Source: Hydrurus foetidus (taxonomy: Eukaryota). Taken from it: a DNA stretch of 20,000 nt. A model generated the notes under the pieces. The model worked only from the letters and a program-made list of their open reading frames with translations. It did not search any database and had not been told where the DNA came from. The DNA is taken from positions 51,388 to 71,387 of the forward strand of contig UYFQ01000597.1 of NCBI GenBank assembly GCA_900617105.1, read 5' to 3'. The stretch's first letter is position 1. Each line of letters begins with the position of its first letter. Positions 1 through 14,067 of the stretch are shown in pieces. The translations under genes and the position numbers were made by a program.

Positions 1-623
1 ATGTCTACTAGTCAAGAACGGTAGCTCTAGATTGTTGCACACAGCGCATAGCTCATCAGACAGCAGCTTATCTGGCCAAACTGCCTCGGATCCTCCTTCT
101 TCGATGTCATCGAATTCGGGAAGATGACCATTCAATAGCGCTTGTTTCCAACAGTTCAAGCCAGTCATGATGTAAGAAATATCACTCAATCCTGACAGAT
201 TACTCATACTGGTTTGTCCAGCATGCAGATGATGATTTATGCAGTAGTAAGATGAATGTCGGCTCACAGCAAGTATCATTCGAGACTTGTCACTTACTCT
301 GTTTCTTTTATCATGCCACTCTGCGGTACCATAATTTGTCGGGAAGCAGATTTTAGCGTCGCAGCTTCAACTATTAGTTCCATCATCTCCTGTCCCATTT
401 CGCCTATCACACTGAAGTCTACATCGTCATCTGAATTTTCTACTGCTACGCTGATATCACTGGACTCAAGAACCGATGAAAGTGCTGTTCTACGAAAAGT
501 GCTTATCCAAGCTGGATTTGAGTCAATCTTATGAAAGTTAAGATTCAGCTTCATCGAACTTCTGACATGGTAACTCGATGCACTTAAAAGCAGTAGTAAC
601 GATAACCCACAATGGAGAATCAT
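1..623 (-). CDS. 5' part of a spliced gene with bipartite (signal + transit) presequence; mature N-terminus resembles ViaA/VWA-domain proteins (tentative); runs off the left edge
   Basis: Exon 1 623..298 (MILHCGLSLLLLLSASS|YHVRSSMKLNLNFHKIDSNPAWISTFRRTALSS..., then acidic). GA|GTAAGT donor, intron 297..209 ending CCAG. Exon 2 208..1 stays in frame: DMSNLSGLSDISYIMTGLNCWKQALLNGHLPEFDDIEEGGSEAVWPDKLLSDELCAVCNNLELPFLTSRH. The family call rests on the recalled pattern WxxALxxGxLP...WP...L.LP...RH only. Confidence 0.7.
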
Positions 624-1949
624 TTAGAACGTAAGCAGCGACCAGCCGCTTGGGCGGTGACGAATAAACTTCAGCAGTACAGTGACAGATTACGACTGGC
701 GCCTGAAGCGCTCTTTGGCTTGGGATGATTTGAGTTTGAACCTTTCCAAGAGTTGAAATGCGATCATGTAGCAGTCGAGTCGTGAAGTAGCAGCCGACAG
801 CGACTCTTTTGGAATCGAACGAACGTTCTCAAAACTGTGTACAGCACAGTACAGCACATAGATCTGTAGTACGTAAGCGAAGGACATCTTCGAAGAGAAA
901 ATTGGGAGAGGAATAGGAAAGTGTGATATTCAAATGGTCGGGGAAGCAATGTGAGCTCTGTGAAGGAATTAGAAAATTGTCTCAAATTTCTAAGTTAGGT
1001 CTGAAGTCATTCTATGTGAAAGCATGAGAAAGGATCATGAATATTTTAAAAACAGACTATCGCACTCTTTGATGAGTAGATTTTAGGCAAATGTCAGCAG
1101 CGAAGACAATAAAGGATTAAACTCCAGTAAAATTTATTATTGAAATTAGAATGGGCTAAGAGAGCAAAGACATGATAACAAAATAGTGTACAGTGACGTA
1201 AATTTGAAATGAATAGTGAATTGCTGCCCTAGCTTTTGGTATCTGTAGCTTTTGGTATCGATGAAAACAAGGATGTGTGGGGAGGGGATCTAGACGAATT
1301 CTCCATACTTTCATTTCATGGACATAGTTTGTTTTCTATATTTTTACGAATAGGAGTTACACTTTGTCGTGGTCAATCCCATGACGTAGCGTATCAACAA
1401 TTCGGTTCTAAATATTGTAGAGCTCTTAGGAACAGATCAAAATAAACGGAAGCTTTAAAATTAGCTTCAATTTTTCTTTCCATAAAATGAAACAGTCAAT
1501 TTTGGAAATTTGATCTGCATCCACGGCACTAACACCGCAATCTGAACTGCTGTCTTTAATTCAATAGTGGGAATTTTTGTACGCGGTTTTGAGTTTAGAG
1601 TTCAGATTCGGATTCGATTGTGGTAAAATAGAGATGTGAAGTGTGACTGTGTGACTTCCCCTGTCTATATCACATGGATCTTGGACCGGACATACAGTGA
1701 CTGACGAGATGATGAGAATCAGACGTATTTGATGAAGTATTTCGGGGGGTCAATTAGTGCCTACTTCAACTTGAAGCATTGCAACCGTCAATCCGAATCG
1801 AATGCGAAAGTCTCCAACCAGCTTCTACCAGACTCCTCTGTTTCCTCATGTCTCATATTAGCCGAGCTCACCCACATCATAAGTAATCCCACATTTTTCA
1901 CAGATTGTAGCACTCGAAAGTTTCTCGTCAGGACATCGACTCTCGAAGC

Positions 1950-2335
1950 ATGTTCAACCGATCTTTGCCCCTACTCCGCAACGCATCCCGGTCAGTGTAA
2001 ACTCTGCATTTCGCCTACGAGATTGTGCCTGATTTGAAGTTTGCTCATCTCTACTAATTACTTTTTCATTTCGCAGCATCAATCAACAGTCTTCAAGGTC
2101 TACAAGCTCAAGAAACTCCGTAGCATCAAAGGAAGGTTTTCTAGCATCTGAGGTACGATCTACAGCCAAAGATGCATGTTGCAGCTCGCATAACACATAA
2201 TAAATACAACTACAAATACTTCTATGTACTTAGGTGATGTACCCATTGGTTGGTGCCGCCATTCTTTTCAAAGTAACTGTCGGCCAGAACACTCTTACCA
2301 CCCCACCTGACTGTGTCCTGTTGGCACACATCTAA
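1950..2335 (+). CDS. Small spliced protein (72 aa) with a mitochondrial-type presequence and one short hydrophobic segment
   Basis: Exons 1950..1990, 2077..2152, 2234..2335. Intron 1 GTCAGT...TACTAAT branch...TTTTTCATTTCGCAG; intron 2 GTACGA...TAG. Phases join to MFNRSLPLLRNASRINQQSSRSTSSRNSVASKEGFLASEVMYPLVGAAILFKVTVGQNTLTTPPDCVLLAHI*. Confidence 0.6.
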
Positions 2336-3703
2336 GTCCCCGGCTTAAGTACTTGTCTTCCAAAAGCATCTGTGAAAGAGAATTGGGTGTGTTTCTCTAT
2401 TTCTCTCGTCAATTTACGTTCAGCATAATATGTCTTTATCTGTGTTTTCATTCACATGCCCCGTCCTTCTCATGCGTGTCTGTGGACTTGATTGCAGTTG
2501 TAGACAGATATCTAATTCGTTTTTACATACTAACACCATAATTCATTTCAAACCTCATATTCTGCGAGCGCTTGTGCTAGTGATGTTCTGAAATTTTACA
2601 GCCCGCGTTGTAACAGTAACTAGACAGCGAATAGGAGAATCAATGAAACTGGAAGTGCAGACTGCGCTTGAATGAAAGTTGAAAAGACTGTGACACTGTC
2701 GCATTTATTTTTCATCTTGACGCGAAAGTCACAAAGTTGATAAGCTGCTCTCTCACAAATGGCAGTTGCGCGGTCTGAAACAGTTCTAACAAAGATCTCC
2801 CTCTTCAGGATAAATGATGATACTTTCTTGAGGATAAATGATCTTGCCGCTCGATCATTGCGACAAGCACGCAGCAAATCCGCATGATGTGTATAGTGTG
2901 TATCGGAAGAAGAATGTGGTGCTCTCAACTAAACGTTGCTAAGGAATCCTAATAGAAGTTTTCTGGAACCGTAATGCACACATGATAGGTGCGAGAACGA
3001 ACACTGTAGGTTGTGGCGAAATGTCTCCTAGATTTTTGTAATGAAGAACGGATTATATCAATCTATTGAGAACAGATAAGATGTTCTCTAGAAGTATGTC
3101 TACAAGGAGTGCTGATTTGGGATTGTTGGCTGTAGAGTGCCTGTCACACTTAAGTATTGACAGGTTCAGACCTGTTGTGCGATTTTTTTAAAAATAAAAC
3201 ACAGTGTTTCATGCCCATGACAGTTTTCTAACTCAGCAGACATTTCTAGATATATGCAGCTTTCCCATCACTTATTGTAGTGTGTAAGATCCGAAATTGC
3301 AAGTTCTTGCACTGGAGGTAGGGTACGTACTGCACGAGGCAATCCTAGTTTCTTCACGTCACATTGAGTCTTATATTATAATGTTTGTTAATCGTGTCGT
3401 GAATCATTTCTCTGATATCTTTTCAAGAACTTCAATCTCGATTGTAACTCTCCGAAAAATGACTTTAATAAAAAGGTATATGCGTCTTTGTGATGTTGTA
3501 GGTTGTAGGTGTAGGGTAAAAGTATGACAGCGGACAGCGGTAAGCATATGTGCTCACCAACAATCGATTCATGTATCACACGACGTCTTCGATTCACACA
3601 AGTCACCGCTCCTTGTCACACCACCTCACTTCCTGCATCCTATTGACAGAGGTTTTTGGCATCTGAAGCAGCTCGCAGCCTCCTTCTCATCTTCAAAAGA
3701 GGA

Positions 3704-4140
3704 ATGGCTGAAGAATCATCATCTGGATCAACTTCAGCTGGAAAGCTTGAAGACGAGAAAGATACTGAGGAGGTAAAAATTGCAAAGAAAGAAGAGAAGG
3801 AAATCGACTCGGTCACAGACTATCATGTCGAGAAAGAGTCAGAAAAATTGCAAGGCGCATTGCTTTCGCTGGGGGGATCATCACAAACAGAGTCTACCAA
3901 GTAGGTCGCTACCTCTGATTGATTCGAGGGCAAGAATTGCTCCTATTCCCAGCTGTCACTGATGATAATAACGAAAATCTCTACTTGTTTGTCAGACTAG
4001 CTGCCATCGTCATACCTCCAGCCCATGTTTTAGCTTTTAGTGAGGAATGTGAAGTGTCAAAAGAGAAGGCGGAACTATTTCTAAAGAAGCATGGAGGCGA
4101 TATGAAGGCAGCTATGACTGCGTACATAAAAGGCAAATAA
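3704..4140 (+). CDS. HYPK: Huntingtin-interacting protein K (HYPK)-like, NatA/NAC-associated, C-terminal UBA-like domain, 113 aa
   Basis: Exons 3704..3900 and 3996..4140 (intron GTAGGT...TTTGTCAG). EIDSVTDYHVEKE matches HYPK DLERVTDYAEEKE. The C-terminal ECEVSKEKAELFLKKHGGDMKAAM matches the HYPK UBA-like helical bundle. Confidence 0.85.
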
Positions 4141-5263
4141 GCTGTTGGTCCTCTAGTTAGCAAGATGGAAGCAGATGTCTGTAGTCTCGATCAGTAAGGT
4201 CTGAGTGGCACATAATCCGCAACACCCTCCCAGACAGTCCAAAAAGTGACTTTGATCCAGAAAGTTTAAGGACAACGGGAGTTGTCAGAATTGGTAGATA
4301 AATGAAATGCTCTGTGTTCTCGCGAGGCTGTAAACAAAAGAAGCACAGGAAACAGGGACTTCAAACCTCTCATAGCGAACTGATTTCTACCAGGAATATT
4401 GAAGAGGCATATCTGATATGAATTGAAGCATTAAGTTTGCATTTCATTTCTTAATTGGTGACATGAGAGATGCAGAGACGTAGTATAGTCCCGTCATTAA
4501 AGATGGCTGATATTCTATTCCGGGAATTGCTGAACGCTCTTTAAGATTTGATGATTCTGCGATAGCTGTCATCATGGCAAGCTTCTTCGGATGGAGACCA
4601 GTTCCTTCCTCGATCTGCATTATGTCATGAAAGTTTGACGGAGAACTTTAAGAACGAATAATAAAGCTGTGCATGGTCTTTCGACACCAGAACGAGATCA
4701 ATTGACAGTAGCGATCAAACTGTAGAATTTGCACCACGTGAAGATAGGACGTGCGACTGTTGAGGAATGGGGTCCGTTGTTGGACCAGAAGAGGAGGAGC
4801 TGCAAGATCTCATTGTAGCCCCTCCTCGAGATGCCTTCCGACAGCTGGCTGAACTAATTTCTGTGGATGGTGTGATGTTGCTGGACCTCACAGACTCCAT
4901 CACACAGAAATCGCTCGCCCAACTAGAAGGATTTTTTGGCACAATTTCGTCATTTACAGCAGCAGGAGCTATACGGCCAACTTTACCGCAGACCGCGCAG
5001 TCGATGACTCTGAAATTCAAAAACAAAAAACAGCACTTTAAATTTGAAAGATGACACTGTGAAGCAGTCAAATCACAGTCATCTCAGTACTCTCTGTGAT
5101 TCATAGCAGAAGGCCATGGCGTTTTGAGAGATATCCAATATTACTCCATCTGCTGGGGAAATTTGTCCCAGTGAAAGGGGTTGATTATCGTGTTCAGCTC
5201 ATGCGAAATTACGCAGTTCCTTCATCTTGAGCAGCTGCAGAGGAATACCTTAGATTCGAAGCT

Positions 5264-8200
5264 ATGGCTGGTAGATTGATGAAAAAATCGTCGAAGGCAC
5301 TTCCTCTTGTTGAAGTTATTGCTTTCGTGGAGACCTTGAATGAAGATGGCCGGTGAGCTCGTTGACATAAACATTTTGATCGCCATTATGAGAGTATTTT
5401 CCATCTTAACATAATCACTCTCCTTTTCTGCAGCGATGTCAGCAGCGTGAATATTGCTACACTTAAGTCTCTTGGAGCGACCATAGCTGATTCTTTTAGT
5501 GATGAAATCACTCACTACATCAGTTCAAATGCATCAGCGAAACGCCTGAAGGCCGCAGCGATATTTGAAATTACTGTGGTGAATCCCTCATGGATCGAAA
5601 GCTGTCGTCTTACAGGAAGTAGGGTTACCGAGGATAACTTTCTTATTGGTCCTGAGACGCAGGCATCTTCAGCAGTGAATTCTTCCGCAACTCTTTCTCT
5701 GCCACCAGCGAATGTAGTCGTCCATGAAGGTGAGGACTTGCAGAAAACTGCAAAAGTGGGGAGAGGAACGGGAATGGCGAAGATCACGGCGACCGCTAAG
5801 ACTTTGCCTGTCAACAGTATCGACGAAATAAAGCAGCAAGATCTGAATAAAAGAATGGTTAAGAATGTCACTGAGAATGTTAAGGTTGTTAAGGGGAAAT
5901 CCAACGCAAAAAGCAGAAAGACTCTTCAAAACATTGACATTTTCACAGAGGAAGAAGTGATACCGAGTGTGGATTGCGAAAGTCCTGATGTGCTGAGCGA
6001 TGAAGAGAAAAAGTCCGAGGCAATTATTCCACTTCCAAGTTTCAAAGAAATGAAAACAGTCACTCTTCCTACCATCATGAAATCGAAGAGGAGGTCTGAG
6101 AGAATATGCGACAATGAGCTGAGTCAGGAAGAATTGAAGACTCCTCCTGCAGTAGATCTGGATGTTTCAATGCCGATTGTTAGGACAGATGTCTCGGTAA
6201 AAATGTCCGTCAGCAATGACAACATGTGCGACTACATGGCAGCAGGTGGAGTGAGGGAACAGAAGAATAAAGGGACTGCAGCAACAGCACTGAGTGCCAC
6301 CACAAAGAATAGCAAGGCTCATGGTAGCGATAAGGAATTGAAGAAATCAGTAGTGCAGCAGACTAAAAAGGTTGTAGCGATGACAAAGGAGGACGCACTG
6401 CAACACACATTACATTCAAATTCCAGTTTGAGTTCCGGTTCGAGTGCGGGACAATCTTCCTCCAGCTCTACCGGTACTTTCAACCAGACAGGCGCAATAG
6501 CAATAGGAAAGGGAGGAGAAGGAGGAGTGGGGGTTGTTTCAATTGGCAGCAGCAGGATGGATGACATCACCAATGCAAAGATAGTGATAGCAGTCAGTGG
6601 ATTCGACGAACCGGGGGAGAGGGCCACTATATCCAGCAGTCTCTCTCAATTCATACAAGCAGTCAACGAAAGCACCAATACTAACACCAGCAGCAGCAGC
6701 AGCAGCAGTAGTAGTAGCAGTAAGAGGTCTACCGAAAAGAATGTTCCAGGCCCCTTCGCTGTTCTGCTGGACCTTGAGGAAGATTCTTTCGGACTGCACT
6801 GCACACACGTCATCCTGCAGTCCTCATCCTCCAAGTACGCACCACAATTATTTTTCACAATGCACATACTGCAACCTCCAGGAACGCCTTCTTAATAATG
6901 CATTATGCCACTACAATGCACCTAACCCTGACCTCCCCTCCGCATTTGACACCAACACAGACGCAGCCTTCGCATTCTCCTAGCCCTCGCTAGAGGCACA
7001 CCAATAGTGACTGAAGAGTGGTTCTACGCCTCACTCTCTGTGCAGCACTGGGTAGATAGTGCACCGTACATGCACGAACACTACACCGTACAGCAGCTCT
7101 CTCGAGGAATAGGAAAGCCTCAGAGAACGTTCCTTAAGCTAAAGTTCTTTGTAGGCATGTCTACCAATCCTTCTCAGATATTCCTTGAGACGATCTTGAG
7201 TGCCGCAGGGGGTTCTATTGCTGATACCATTCAGGGTGCGGAGTACTTGATATTCGGTGAGTCGAATTGCATTGTACTGTACTGTACTGTACTGTACTGT
7301 ACTGTACTGTACTGTACTGTACTGTACTGTACTGTACTGTACTGTACTGTACTGTACTGTACTGTACTGTACTGTACTGTACTGTACTGTAGTACACTGT
7401 ACTGTCCTGCTCTATTCTGTCTCTCGATGTCTGGTCCTGTGTTAACACCACATAACAGCTTATCGAATCTGACTGTACTCTACACGACAATCGCAATCAG
7501 GGTCAAGGAGTGATGCGGAGGTGTGGATGGAAGAGCAGCAGCAGCCGAAGAAAAAATCTGCCAAGGTGGTGAACAATGCTCACTGATACCCTACTCAACT
7601 CTTTTATACTCTACTATACTTTACTATACTATACTCTATACTGTTTTTCTACTTCCCCCTGTCTTCAAGGCGATATGCTTTCCAGTCCATAGGACTATTC
7701 CTACATCGCTTTGTTGTCACGTTACTTCATCGCCGCTTCATGCATTATCAATCAATCCATTCAGCGCAATTTCTTGTCCTCACATAGTATCTCAGCACAT
7801 GACTACATCATTCCACGTCATTCAACATCATGTGACACCCACTATTCCTCTCAACTGAAACCGCTCCTACTCCCACTCTCTACCCCCCCTACTCCCCTCT
7901 CTTCTCCTCGAAGCAGAAGTCCATTTCCCCCAAAGGGATAGACTCGGACTCCTCTGTAGCCCTAAGTATGGCAGCAGACGGAAAAGTTCTCACATGCAGG
8001 GTGAGAGTGAGCTGTATGTTGTCGTATTGTATTATATGATATTGTATTATATGATATTGTACTGTATTGTATTATATTTTTATCGTATTATATCGTGTTG
8101 TACTGTATTGTATGATATCCTATTGTATTGTGTTGTATCTTCCGTCTGTTCCATTCAGCTCTGCAAGGCTCTCATCGAGTTGATGTGCCATTCATGTCAT

Positions 8201-9647
8201 GTCGCAACCGACATTGATTTATTGATATGAGACCCTGTCGTGCAGCTGTGACTGGGAATCCATGTCTATCTCTCATCAGCTGACTATCATCTTCCTCTTC
8301 CCTTACTCTCTATCTTTCTCTGCGTCTTCACTGAGAGTCTCACTTTGTTACAATAACTCTATTACCCTCTACTCATCTTCAATTCATCTACCCCCACCTT
8401 TGAACACCCCTTCGCTATCGTCTTGTCCCCCGCAGTATATATGTGACTGTCTCGAGGACGGTAAGCTGCTTCCACCCTCTTCTACTGCCAATCATCTGAT
8501 AACATTCCAAGCTGAAGAGGAAGATGAAGGGGAGAGACGAGAGAGGAGCAGAGGAGACGAGAACAAGGGTAGCAGAAAGAGAACAGTTGAAAGTGCTCCC
8601 AAAGACAGCAGGATATCTTGGGACACCAAGGATGTGGAGAAGAGTGAGGTGAAGAGGGCAGTAGCCAAACGCAGAGTGGCTGCAAGTCTCAGTCATGCGG
8701 TCTTGGAAGAGTCTGTTCAAGTGGGAAGAAAACGCAAGCTTGATGACATACTTGTCAATTCCGATGATGATGGCGATGATGGAGGCGATGATGATGGTCA
8801 TGATGATGGTCATGTTATGAAAAAAGGTGCCGAGAAGGCAGTGAAGTCCAGTACAGTGGCTCCTGTGAAGTTGAAGACTGCTGCTGCCCTTGCAGCTGAA
8901 AAGAAGGTGAGAGACAATGTGAAGGACAAGGTGATGGTGAAAGGCAAGGACAAGGAGAAGGAGAAGGCAGAGGTCAAGGTCGTGTCTGCTCCAGTCAGCA
9001 CAACCACAAGTAAGAGAGCATCAAAACAGAGTGCGCGCAACAAAGATACAGAAGCTGATGTGAAGGAAGTATCAAGAAAGGAGCTAGAGAGTGAGACCAG
9101 CAATCTCAATGACAGTGGGAAGAAGGGGAATGGGAGTGGAAAGGGTAGTGATTTTCCTTTCACTGTTCCTGGATCTCCCGTCATGGCTGGGAAGAGGAGG
9201 CTGTCTAACTCGAGAGTACTCGATGACTCTCCTCCCCTTTGTCTCTCCGGCTCCCCCTCTGCTCCATCCTCATTGGAGCGAGATAGTGAGAGGAAGACGA
9301 GGAGAGGAGGAGTGAGTGCGGTCGACAAGAATAGACAGATGAGTGCCAAGGACACCTCCGCATTGTCTAATGCCTCGAAGAAGAGCGGTACTGTTGAAGC
9401 GGAGGTACCAGCTGGAAAAAGGGAAGCAGCATCTAATAGTAATATCACCAGTAGCAATTGTACTAGCAGTAATAAGGAGGTGAAGACGTACGGCACTGCC
9501 AAGGCTTTAAAGATAGATATAGCAGCAACAGCAGTGTCTCGTAACCGGATAGGGTTGGATCATGACGGCTCGGATACTGATGACGGGGAGGGAGGGAGCT
9601 CAAAGTTCTCCAGTCCCAAGGGTAGAGAGGATTCTCCATGCTGGTGA
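5264..9647 (+). CDS. Microcephalin (MCPH1)-like protein: N-terminal BRCT, long disordered linker, tandem BRCT pair, long low-complexity C-terminal tail (~1048 aa)
   Basis: Exons 5264..5352, 5434..6834, 6961..7256, 7501..7565, 7917..8000, 8436..9647, with consistent phases; exon 4 donor and exon 5 acceptor are uncertain by 3 nt. BRCT1: VIAFVE...LKSLGATIADSFSDEITHYI...VVNPSWIESC. BRCT2: IAVSGF...CTHVIL...KRSLRILLALARGTPIVTEEW. BRCT3: FLKLKFFVG...LETILSAAGGSI...YICDCLEDGKLLP. Confidence 0.8.
7273..7405. repeat. (TGTAC)n microsatellite, about 24 perfect units plus a degenerate tail, intronic
   Basis: Directly visible inside intron 7257..7500 of the BRCT gene; it produces the spurious YCTVL/STVQY ORFs. 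Confidence 0.97.
7605..7642. repeat. Degenerate (TATAC)n pentanucleotide repeat, intronic
   Basis: tatactctactatactttactatactatactctatact inside the fourth intron of the BRCT gene. Confidence 0.8.
8013..8138. repeat. Degenerate (TRTAT)n pentanucleotide repeat, intronic
   Basis: tgtattatatgatattgtattatatgatattgtactgtattgtatt... inside intron 8001..8435. Confidence 0.8.
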
Positions 9648-9859
9648 AAGGATGAGGAGAGAGGGGAGAGATAACTGTATACAGCACGGCGTCATACGGC
9701 AAAATAATGTAAGACGTGATCGCTCTTTCCGAGACGTCCGTCATGTCTTACTGCCAAGCAAGTGATACATCCATGTCATCTATCCAGTCCCCCTAGGAGG
9801 CTACGAGACCTGTAGATGGAATGTACTGCACTGAATGTGACAGATGGCGTTGTGTGGCC

Positions 9860-10152
9860 GCTGACAAGTCATCATCACTGTCATGCTGACAAGTCATCAT
9901 CACTGTCATGCTGACAAGAGATCACCGCTATCATGCTGACAAGATATCACCGCTAACTTGCTGACAGATATCACCGCTAACTTGCTGACAGATATCATCA
10001 CTGTCATGCTGACAGATATCACCGCTGTCATGCTGACAGATATCATCACTGTCATGCTGACAGATATCACCGCTGTCATGCTGACAGATATCATCACTGT
10101 CATGCTGACTGATATCACCGCTATAGTGCTGACAAGATATCATCACTGTCAT
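9860..10152. repeat. Minisatellite, 12 units of 24-25 bp, consensus GCTGACAGATATCA(TCA/CCG)CTGTCAT
   Basis: 12 contiguous units counted by hand. Units 6-12 alternate ATCATCACT and ATCACCGCT. There are no unique spacers. It lies between the convergent 3' ends of the BRCT and CDC48 genes. Confidence 0.95.
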
Positions 10153-10533
10153 GCTTACAACGCATACCGCACACTGCCTCACGTCACGGACCGTGGACCG
10201 GTACTTTTCGACAGTCAGTCCCTCTGGGGCTTGCCGTGTTGCACACCATTCGTATAGCATGTGTTGTACGTCTGTATCTTGGTGTGCTGAAAGTGGTCTG
10301 CTTTGTAGACTGGACTACAGCACACCCTCTAACAAAACCAGCAAATTCTGCTCTTTATAAACTGAAATTGTCTGAACAACACTATAAAAAGAGAAACAAC
10401 AAGCTACTCTGCAAGGCGAGGACACATTACCACTCTAATCACACGAGTGAGCGAGCGGATAGATGCGACCTCCTCCGTGCTAGTCCCCGACTAACTATTG
10501 TAACAGGTAAAGAAGAAAAGAGAAGAGCAGCTA

Positions 10534-13583
<3,050 letters not shown>

Positions 13584-13984
13584 CTTGTCGTTGAGAACAC
13601 TAGAGCCTCAAACCAGGATAGCTTTACAAATCGCGGTAAGAACCAAAATATGCAGATGTAATCGCAGTGATGAAAGACAGTGGTTGCAAGACCAACGGCG
13701 TTGTAAGATACGAATGCTTCCGTGCAATCTCTGCAAAGTTCCAACCCAAGTTGTAGATGGGTAGATACGAAGTCACCGTCTTGTATCCACATAATAATAC
13801 CGGTAACCGGAATACGGTTTCCGATTAAAAAAACACGTGTCAATTCCAACTGTCAAGTATTGTGCCGGTCAAAACTAAACGGGAGAATTTATTTTGCGGG
13901 TAGGTTTTTTCGTGTTTTTGACTGAGGTCAAAATAACTGTTACTTTGATTCTGCTGTCAAAAACTACAACCTTCCCGCCATCGG

Positions 13985-14040
13985 CGGGAAATGAAACCCA
14001 TTTCAATTTTCCCACCAATATTACCCCTAATTTTCGAAGT
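13985..14040 (+). repeat. Direct repeat copy 1 (56 bp); copy 2 at 14875..14937
   Basis: CGGGAAATGAAACC...CATTTCAATTTTCCCACCAATATTACCCCTAATTTTCGAAGT occurs on both sides of the TIR element; copy 2 has a 7-nt insertion. Confidence 0.9.
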
Positions 14041-14067
14041 GTTGAAAAGTTCGCCCAACCTCAAGTA

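Noticed and set aside
690..887. 65-aa minus-strand ORF with a signal-peptide-like start (MSFAYVLQIYVLYCAVHS|F)
   Set aside because: No recognisable domain and no convincing splice into the downstream gene, which has its own presequence at 623.
2600..3610. Several 70-100 aa ORFs on both strands
   Set aside because: No motifs or consistent exon chain could be assembled; treated as intergenic/UTR.
4440..5120. 95-aa plus-strand ORF (4767..5054) and overlapping minus-strand ORFs with an acceptor-like site near 5011
   Set aside because: Somewhat protein-like but no family recognised and splice phases did not join. A small gene cannot be excluded without RNA-seq.
7215..7496. ORFs with YCTVL/STVQY repeats
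   Set aside because: Translations of the intronic (TGTAC)n microsatellite.
9797..9885. Possible extra BRCT-gene exon reading MYCTECDRWR (CW-zinc-finger-like)
   Set aside because: The plausible donor (TG|GTGAAA near 9643) joins in another frame giving WRLRDL*, and the motif frame runs into the minisatellite; likely chance.
9860..10152. CRISPR-like appearance of palindromic 24-bp repeats, and the repeat ORFs over them
   Set aside because: Units are contiguous with no unique spacers, there are no cas genes and the context is eukaryotic; it is a minisatellite.
13760..13830. Imperfect palindromes (GATACGAAG...CTTGTATC; ACCGGTAACCGG) upstream of CDC48
   Set aside because: Could be a transposon end or promoter element, but no partner terminus or target duplication is in the window.
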